NCBI RefSeq assembly: GCF_004376175.1
Contig: NZ_SNUY01000095.1
Location: forward strand, 1 to 9,915
Reading direction: 5' to 3'
Length of the DNA stretch: 9,915 bases
From: Halalkalibacterium halodurans
GTDB lineage: Bacteria; Bacillota; Bacilli; Bacillales; Bacillaceae_D
Shown here: positions 5,296-9,915 of the stretch, one piece after another
How the letters are laid out: each line of letters begins with the position of its first letter
How positions within the stretch are numbered: the first letter of the stretch is position 1
Notes under the pieces: generated by a model
The model's database searches: none
Told to the model about the DNA's origin: nothing
Seen by the model: the letters and a program-made list of their open reading frames with translations, nothing else
Position numbers and translations under genes: made by a program

Positions 5296-6375
5296 TCAAA
5301 TTAAATCATTTCTAGATTTAATCACTCGCTCACGTGCCGTTTGAGCTAAATCAAAGAATTCACACGCATGATCATATTGCTCACTATCCTTATAGTATTG
5401 AGCAATCACTAAAGCATATTCCTCAACGTAATTCCATAACCCTTTTTCAATAAAAAAATCAATTATTTTATTAAACTCTGTTTCCATTTCAAAATAATAA
5501 GAGTAATCAGGGTCATATAGTGCTTTTTGTACTCTTAGATGATATATATACTCATGATTACTTGTTTCTTTGCATACACCTATCGCTTTTTCATAATATT
5601 CATTTCCTGTATCTATATCATTAATTCTATAACATTCTCTTGAGAGTAGATAATAAGTTTTGATGAGCTGTTCTTTATCATTAGTTACAAATTCAAGTGC
5701 GTTTGTTAATTGCAAAACGGATTCTTTTGGTTTCCCTAATTTTGAGTATAAATGACCCAAATTATGATAGCATATACTTACATTGTCGTGATTTAACTTT
5801 TTATAAATTTTTAGAGCTTGATTGTAATGTAATTCACTCTCTTTTAATTGCTTTATTTCATAGTTATTATTAGCAATTACTATGTGACAATCTGCCATTC
5901 TCTTTAGTTTATTATTCTCTTTAAATATCTCGTAGGCTTTATATACATTTTTAATCGATAAAGTAATTTTATCAATCTCATAGTAAAGTGCAGATAAATT
6001 GTAATAAAACTCCCCTCGTTCCAAGGGATCAACCTTATTTAAAAATTTACTTGCCAGTTTAAAAAAGTACAGTGATTCCTCATACTCTGACTGATAAAAT
6101 TTAAATAGCGCATTAAAATAATGATATGAGAAGTTATAAAGCTTATCATCCTCAATATAGGGTAACATTAATTCTTGTGTTTTTTCGAACAAATGAAAGT
6201 CTTTTTTAAGTAAATAATATCGTGCTGTTACAACATAATAGTATTTTTTTTCAGAAGGATTAACAGGTGGTTTTGTAGATAATTCAGAGAAAAGTTTATC
6301 AGCTTCTGGGTTTTGATCCCTTATCAATACATTTAAAGTTTCAAGTTCGTTGAAAGAACTCTCTTTTATTATCAT
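5296..6375 (-). CDS. rap: Rap-family TPR quorum-sensing receptor (response-regulator aspartate phosphatase / anti-repressor family)
   Basis: At 359 aa it has no N-terminal HTH. Repeated TPR signatures include YFFKLASKF, GEFYYNLSALYY, CHIVIANNNYEIKQLKESELHYNQALKIY and ICYHNLGHLYSKLGKPKES. The C-terminal WNYVEEYALVIAQYYKDSEQYDHACEFF parallels B. subtilis Rap proteins as I recall them. ATG has AAAGGAGGG 5 nt upstream. Confidence 0.88.
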   Translation of the reverse strand: MIIKESSFNELETLNVLIRDQNPEADKLFSELSTKPPVNPSEKKYYYVVTARYYLLKKDFHLFEKTQELMLPYIEDDKLYNFSYHYFNALFKFYQSEYEESLYFFKLASKFLNKVDPLERGEFYYNLSALYYEIDKITLSIKNVYKAYEIFKENNKLKRMADCHIVIANNNYEIKQLKESELHYNQALKIYKKLNHDNVSICYHNLGHLYSKLGKPKESVLQLTNALEFVTNDKEQLIKTYYLLSRECYRINDIDTGNEYYEKAIGVCKETSNHEYIYHLRVQKALYDPDYSYYFEMETEFNKIIDFFIEKGLWNYVEEYALVIAQYYKDSEQYDHACEFFDLAQTARERVIKSRNDLI

Positions 6376-6569
6376 TTTGTCCCTCCTTTATCTAGGTTAA
6401 TTTCTAGATCCTTAAATATAATTAGTATAAATGTACTGTTTTAATCGGTCTACTTAATATTTCTCAAAAAAAAATAAGAATATCGCTTTATTCGGTCTTT
6501 TTCCTTAAATTCTTTCTATATTTATTTATTTTTCTTACATGGACATAAATTTATTTATTTTTTTTACTC

Positions 6570-6598
6570 TTGATATGTATTCTTGAATACAATATAAT
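6570..6598 (+). promoter_or_regulatory. Near-consensus sigma-A promoter with an embedded palindrome, upstream of the ImmA-like gene
   Basis: TTGATA (6570-6575), a 17-nt spacer, then TATAAT (6593-6598). The spacer contains the inverted repeat TGTATTC-TT-GAATACA (6576-6591). Confidence 0.6.
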
Positions 6599-6669
6599 CC
6601 TATTAGAGGAAAAAAATAATAAAATATGAGAATCATATTATTCGTATAAGGGAAAAAGGAGTAGTACTT

Positions 6670-7143
6670 ATGGATTATTTTCCGAACAGACTTGAATATT
6701 TAATATCACAAAGATTTAAACAAAAAGGCATATTGTTACCAGATGATCTTAAAATTGAAACTGTTGCAAATGCGTTTGACATTGAGATTTTTTACCACCA
6801 AACCTCATTTGCCTTCTTTCAAGGCAATTACAAAGCAATCACCTTAAACAAACATGTTGATAGTAGGCAACAGCATTATGAATTTTGGCACGAGTTAACT
6901 CATATATTAATACATACTGGCGATCAACTCAAAACAGCTAAATACATAAACAAATATCAAGAAATTGACGCAAATAAATGCGCTCTCTTTTGCGCCATGC
7001 CATATCATATGTTGCAATATATCGATTGGTATCAAGAAAATTTACTAGAACTACTTTTAGAACAATTTCATCTACCGAAGCACCAGCTAATCAATAGGTT
7101 GCAACAGATTCAGACAAAACAACAAAATATGGTCTTTAATTAA
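6670..7143 (+). CDS. ImmA/IrrE-family (COG2856, peptidase M78-like) zinc metalloprotease, 157 aa
   Basis: HExxH motif in FWHELTHILIH, and a downstream EIDANKCALFCAMPYHML that matches the family's E-x-EAN-x-FA-x-x-LL-MP pattern. AAAAGGAG lies 8 nt upstream of the ATG. Confidence 0.8.
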   Translation: MDYFPNRLEYLISQRFKQKGILLPDDLKIETVANAFDIEIFYHQTSFAFFQGNYKAITLNKHVDSRQQHYEFWHELTHILIHTGDQLKTAKYINKYQEIDANKCALFCAMPYHMLQYIDWYQENLLELLLEQFHLPKHQLINRLQQIQTKQQNMVFN

Positions 7144-7152
7144 TATAACAAA

Positions 7153-7184
7153 AAACAGGTAAAGTTTTTTAGCTTTACCTGTTT
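7153..7184. terminator. Bidirectional rho-independent terminator
   Basis: A 12-bp stem, AAACAGGTAAAG (7153-7164) with CTTTACCTGTTT (7173-7184). A-run and T-rich tracts flank it on both sides. It sits between the convergent stops at 7143 and 7193. Confidence 0.8.
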
Positions 7185-7192
7185 CGTTTATT

Positions 7193-7447
7193 TTATTTGT
7201 TCTTGAGAAATCCATAGATCCCTTTTTCTTGTTCGGTCAGTCCATGTTCCGCGTAGTATTCTGCAATTTCACCGACCAATTCATATAACTTAACATCTTT
7301 ACTCTTTGCTAAAGCCATTAGTTTTTTGTGTGTATCTTCTGGCACCTTCATTGTCTTTAATTTAACATCTTCTTTCGGTCGATTTACATTCATAAACGGA
7401 TTTTCCGCTTGAGAAGTAACTTTTTTTCTATTTAAACTTTTAGACAT
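7193..7447 (-). CDS. Ribbon-helix-helix ParG/ParB-like partition adaptor, 84 aa
   Basis: The ATG shares one base with the ParA stop (TAATG). A disordered basic N-terminus is followed by KTMKVPEDTHKKLMALAKSKDVKLYELVGEIAEYY, which fits an RHH pattern. GAAGGGG lies 10 nt upstream. Confidence 0.7.
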   Translation of the reverse strand: MSKSLNRKKVTSQAENPFMNVNRPKEDVKLKTMKVPEDTHKKLMALAKSKDVKLYELVGEIAEYYAEHGLTEQEKGIYGFLKNK

Positions 7448-8253
7448 TAAACTTCAACCCCTTCTAACTTCTTAATTCTCATTAACATTTCATCTAAGAC
7501 ATTATTATACATGCCTAATACTTTTAAATCATGATGATCCTCTTCTGTGATTCCGTTAACATCAAACCTTTTGATACGCTCCCTGATCGATATATGCGCT
7601 TTGAATAGATCCTCTTCAAAAAGTTTCTCAGCTTCAGAAATAATGAAATTGTCTACTGTTCCATCCTTCTTCATCAAAACAGGCACAATACCGATTAAGT
7701 CAATTTTGGCATGGTAATTATCGATCATATCCTGTAGATATGGAATAAATTTTTCACTAGCCGACAAAGATCGTTCGTGTGTTTGCATTACTATCATCAC
7801 AAAATCACTAGACACGACAGCATTATTAGTAAAGTCAGAAATTGTAGGTGGCACATCAATAAAAATGTAATCATAAGTTGACTTAAGAGGTGCTAAAAGA
7901 AAGTCAACAAAATAAGCACGTTTATAATTGTCGTCTTTCGCTTCTTTATTAAGCAGGAATGGGAAAGCAACTAAGTCTAAGTCAGAAGGTAGTAAATCTA
8001 AATTTTCTTTTATTTTTACGATTGCTTTTGTTAGGTTTTTATCAGCCATTGCTTGATACAATGTAGTATCTAAACGCTCTAAATTTGCTGTTCTTGCAAG
8101 TAGATCAGTTGCATTTGCCTGTGGGTCGAGATCTAAAACAAGGACTCTCTCCCCTCTTTGAGCAAGTAAATAAGAAAGTAAAACGGTAGTGGTTGTTTTT
8201 CCCACACCTCCTTTAAAATTGGCTACATTGATTACTTTAGCTGCTGCGTTCAT
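7447..8253 (-). CDS. parA: ParA/Soj-family partition ATPase (deviant Walker A), 268 aa
   Basis: KGGVGKTTT deviant Walker A, VLVLDLDPQANAT and a Walker B-like YIFIDVPP. The preferred start is ATG 8253 (AAAGGGTG 6 nt upstream), not the listed GTG at 8286. Confidence 0.9.
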   Translation of the reverse strand: MNAAAKVINVANFKGGVGKTTTTVLLSYLLAQRGERVLVLDLDPQANATDLLARTANLERLDTTLYQAMADKNLTKAIVKIKENLDLLPSDLDLVAFPFLLNKEAKDDNYKRAYFVDFLLAPLKSTYDYIFIDVPPTISDFTNNAVVSSDFVMIVMQTHERSLSASEKFIPYLQDMIDNYHAKIDLIGIVPVLMKKDGTVDNFIISEAEKLFEEDLFKAHISIRERIKRFDVNGITEEDHHDLKVLGMYNNVLDEMLMRIKKLEGVEV

Positions 8254-8320
8254 ATTATACACCCTTTCAACTTTTGGTTTGTACACTAATTTTACTACAT
8301 TTATTAATAATAATTCAAGT

Positions 8321-8347
8321 AGTATTTTTAGTAATTTGAGTATTATA
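8321..8347. repeat. Three phased 9-bp direct repeats (AGTATTTTT, AGTAATTTG, AGTATTATA) upstream of parA
   Basis: Read directly from the sequence. They overlap a minus-strand TATAAT (8347-8342) about 90 nt upstream of the parA ATG. The region is AT-rich, so a chance occurrence is possible. Confidence 0.3.
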
Positions 8348-8407
8348 CCTAATACCCTAAGTCAGGTTGTATTATTCTATAATTATCAGGAAAGACTGCT
8401 GGTAATA

Positions 8408-8416
8408 TGTTATAAT
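8408..8416 (+). promoter_or_regulatory. Extended -10 promoter element (TGtTATAAT) for the toxin-antitoxin pair
   Basis: TG at 8408-8409, then one nt, then TATAAT at 8411-8416, about 25 nt upstream of the ATG at 8441. No good -35 is present. Confidence 0.4.
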
Positions 8417-8440
8417 ATAAAAAAGAAAGGAAGTGATCAG

Positions 8441-8596
8441 ATGATCAGAAAACGCAAAAAGATCGCAAATAGACCGGAAACACTGAAAGAAGTTACCACA
8501 AGAGAGGATGAAGCGATCAAAGTAGGAAAAGCTTACGATTTTTTGTTTGAAGGGGAAAATAACGATTATGACGAAGAGTACAACGATTACATCTAA
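8441..8596 (+). CDS. Candidate antitoxin, 51 aa, basic N-terminus and acidic C-terminus
   Basis: MIRKRKKIANRPETLKEVTTREDEAIKVGKAYDFLFEGENNDYDEEYNDYI. AAAGGAAGTGA lies 4 nt upstream of the ATG. It sits immediately upstream of, and overlapping, a MazF-fold gene. Only this C-terminal part of track ORF 8189-8596 is credible. Confidence 0.55.
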   Translation: MIRKRKKIANRPETLKEVTTREDEAIKVGKAYDFLFEGENNDYDEEYNDYI

Positions 8597-8963
8597 TGAA
8601 GTAATGAAACAAGGACACTTGTGGGTTGCCCCCATATGGTCACACACAGCTAATAAGTTTGTTGGTCGTCCTATTGTCATCACAGGAAATGATTCAGCAA
8701 ATGATAAGTTAGGTCTTATTGTGAATTTTGTTACTCGGACACCTGCCCGAAATGACTTTGACGTTGACCTAAAACATTGGAAATATGCAGGATTAAACTC
8801 TCCCTCTAGGGTTCGAACATCCAAACCGTTAACGATACTAAAAAAAGATCTAAATCAAACCCTATTTGAAAGAAATGGTGTTAGACAACCTAGAGGATAC
8901 ATAGGAAAATTACACGAAGAAGATTTAGCCAATGTTCTTGAAATGTGTAGGCTCATTTACTAA
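8568..8963 (+). CDS. PemK/MazF-family (CcdB/MazF fold) toxin
   Basis: KQGHLWVAPI...VGRPIVITGND aligns by eye with B. subtilis EndoA/MazF KRGDVYFADL...GVRPVLVIQND. Later GLNSPSRVRTSKPLTILKKDL...IGKLHEEDLANVLEM parallels ERDSVILLEQIRTIDKQRL...ITHLDDEMMDKVDEAL. The start is ambiguous: ATG 8568 (131 aa), or ATG 8604 (119 aa, 7 nt after the antitoxin stop). Confidence 0.75.
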   Translation: MTKSTTITSNEVMKQGHLWVAPIWSHTANKFVGRPIVITGNDSANDKLGLIVNFVTRTPARNDFDVDLKHWKYAGLNSPSRVRTSKPLTILKKDLNQTLFERNGVRQPRGYIGKLHEEDLANVLEMCRLIY

Positions 8964-8973
8964 CTTAACTTTT

Positions 8974-9006
8974 AAAACCTTTACTTAATAAAAGGTTTTT
9001 TTATTT
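8974..9006 (+). terminator. Rho-independent terminator candidate (AT-rich stem)
   Basis: AAAACCTTT (8974-8982) pairs with AAAGGTTTT (8991-8999) around an 8-nt loop, followed by a T-rich tail. Confidence 0.5.
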
Positions 9007-9022
9007 GTAATCTCCCCTTCCC

Positions 9023-9649
9023 CTATGTAACCTTATCTATCCATTCTTTAAGAGTGGTAGTGATTGATTGCGAGTTAATCTTAACTTCATCAAACAAGTA
9101 TTGTATAAGCTCAACCCATCCAAACTTCTCCTGATTAGGATTTTGACTCTCAATGTACTTAATCACCTTTTCTAATTCTTCCATTCTCCTTTTATCCAAA
9201 TTCCCTTGTATAAACTCTTTAACAAAAGAATTTATAATCTCAGCATGTTTAAAACTAAACTCAAGTAACAATGCCACACATTTAGATGGCGTAACATCCA
9301 GAGCAAATGCAAGGGATTTAATTTTTTCAATATCTTGTTGTTTAAATCTTATAGTGATTCTAGATGTATTCCCCTGTAGCTGTAGTTTCTGTAGTGATTC
9401 CCTCTTCACATCGCCAATATAAAAAACATTATTATTAAATGTATAATTTCTCCGCATATGTGGAGATAATGATTCTATAACTTTATCGCTTTCTAAACAC
9501 AGTAAAGTTAATGCTTCTGCAACATCTTTTATAGGCGTGTTAGTGATGTAACTCAATCTATCGATTGATTCCTTTAGGTTGTCTAAAATTGTAGGCTTAC
9601 AATCAATTTTTTTATCAGCACGAACTTTTCTAACTACCTCTTCCCTCAC
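9023..9649 (-). CDS. Hypothetical protein, 208 aa, with two RHH-like segments
   Basis: The preferred start is GTG 9649, with GGAGG 8 nt upstream; the listed GTG at 9664 is itself part of that SD. The segments KPTILDNLKESIDRLSYITNTPIKDVAEALTLLCLE and RITIRFKQQDIEKIKSLAFALDVTPSKCVALLLEF both fit a strand-helix-helix pattern. Confidence 0.6.
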   Translation of the reverse strand: MREEVVRKVRADKKIDCKPTILDNLKESIDRLSYITNTPIKDVAEALTLLCLESDKVIESLSPHMRRNYTFNNNVFYIGDVKRESLQKLQLQGNTSRITIRFKQQDIEKIKSLAFALDVTPSKCVALLLEFSFKHAEIINSFVKEFIQGNLDKRRMEELEKVIKYIESQNPNQEKFGWVELIQYLFDEVKINSQSITTTLKEWIDKVT

Positions 9650-9717
9650 ATTAAAAACCTCCACAAAAAAATTCAGATTAAGAACAGTGTCCCTAAGTCC
9701 TAGATTTATTTATTAGT

Positions 9718-9912
9718 ATGAAAAGGGGAGAGGTATTATGTATAAACAAAGCTAATTTTGGGAAACATCTTATTAAACTACGAAAGGCGTGTATTTTGCA
9801 AGCAAAAAGTTTAGAAGAATGCAATGAAAAGTTTAGAACTTTGCCAGCCCTTACTTTCTTTCTAATTAGCGATTCGATAATGCATGTTTCACACGGTAAC
9901 TATCGCCAGTAA
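9718..9912 (+). pseudogene. Possible frameshifted or degenerate small regulator gene
   Basis: The ATG at 9718 has no SD. A strong SD (AAAAGGGGAGAGG) serves ATG 9738, which opens only a 5-codon frame (MYKQS stop). The adjacent frame continues with NFGKHLIKLRKA, an XRE-like N-terminal motif. Confidence 0.25.
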
Positions 9913-9915
9913 AAC

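Noticed and set aside
5283-5400. Sigma-H-type internal promoter for phr inside the 3' end of rap
   Set aside because: AGGATA and GAATTC elements exist but are about 23 nt apart, against the 11-12 nt expected. This is not convincing.
5296-6375. Arbitrium-type AimR receptor with AimP peptide (phage lysis-lysogeny system)
   Set aside because: The receptor-plus-short-peptide layout is similar. However, this protein has no N-terminal HTH, and its TPR and C-terminal motifs resemble Rap proteins. I cannot exclude a functionally analogous role.
8189-8440. N-terminal two-thirds of track ORF 8189-8596
   Set aside because: This part is antisense to the parA 5' end and crosses the promoter region. Only the segment from ATG 8441, which has an SD, is credible.
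8372-8824. Minus-strand 150-aa ORF
   Set aside because: It is antisense to the antitoxin candidate and to the MazF-like gene, whose family resemblance is clear. It has no SD and a Phe/Ile-rich composition typical of AT-rich antisense frames.
9153-9422. Plus-strand 89-aa ORF
   Set aside because: It lies entirely inside, and antisense to, the 208-aa gene, and has no SD.
8355-9699. Repeated 9-mers: CCCTAAGTC (8355 and 9691), TTTCGGTAA (1884 and 1941), and TCGGTCT (6445 and 6492)
   Set aside because: By a rough random-sequence estimate, on the order of a hundred or more exact 9-mer pairs are expected by chance in about 10 kb. These lack dyad symmetry or meaningful phasing.
1-9915. Transposase, integrase, IS ends, tRNA or rRNA genes, replication initiator
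   Set aside because: No ORF shows recombinase, DDE or Rep motifs, and no terminal inverted repeats or tRNA-like structures were seen. The replicon type therefore cannot be assigned from this window.

Overview
AT-rich, low-GC Firmicutes-type DNA. The gene content looks like a Bacillus-type plasmid or other extrachromosomal mobile element; this is inference, not a database result. No rRNA, tRNA, CRISPR array, transposase or integrase is visible. The window has three parts. (1) 66-3128, minus strand: a chain of small, mostly membrane or acidic proteins of unknown family, then a 365-aa secreted, C-terminally membrane-anchored stalk protein. Its PEPK linker is encoded by a perfect 12-bp tandem repeat. 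(2) 3199-7143: a dense regulatory island. It holds an ArpU-family regulator, a Cro-like HTH gene divergent from an ImmR/CI-like XRE repressor, an unknown ORF with an RHH-like C-terminus, a convergent Rap (TPR) gene, and an ImmA/IrrE-type HExxH metalloprotease on its own near-consensus promoter. Directly after rap there is a 41-aa Phr-type pro-peptide gene that is absent from the ORF track. (3) 7193-9649: maintenance functions. These are a ParA Walker ATPase with an RHH ParG-like partner, a PemK/MazF-fold toxin preceded by a 51-aa candidate antitoxin, and a 208-aa protein with two RHH-like segments. The most interesting hypothesis is a peptide quorum-sensing derepression switch. It contains all four parts known from ICEBs1 (RapI/PhrI/ImmA/ImmR), but in an order that matches neither ICEBs1 nor pLS20 (Rap/Phr/Rco). 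All family calls rest on motif recognition by eye; no searches were run.
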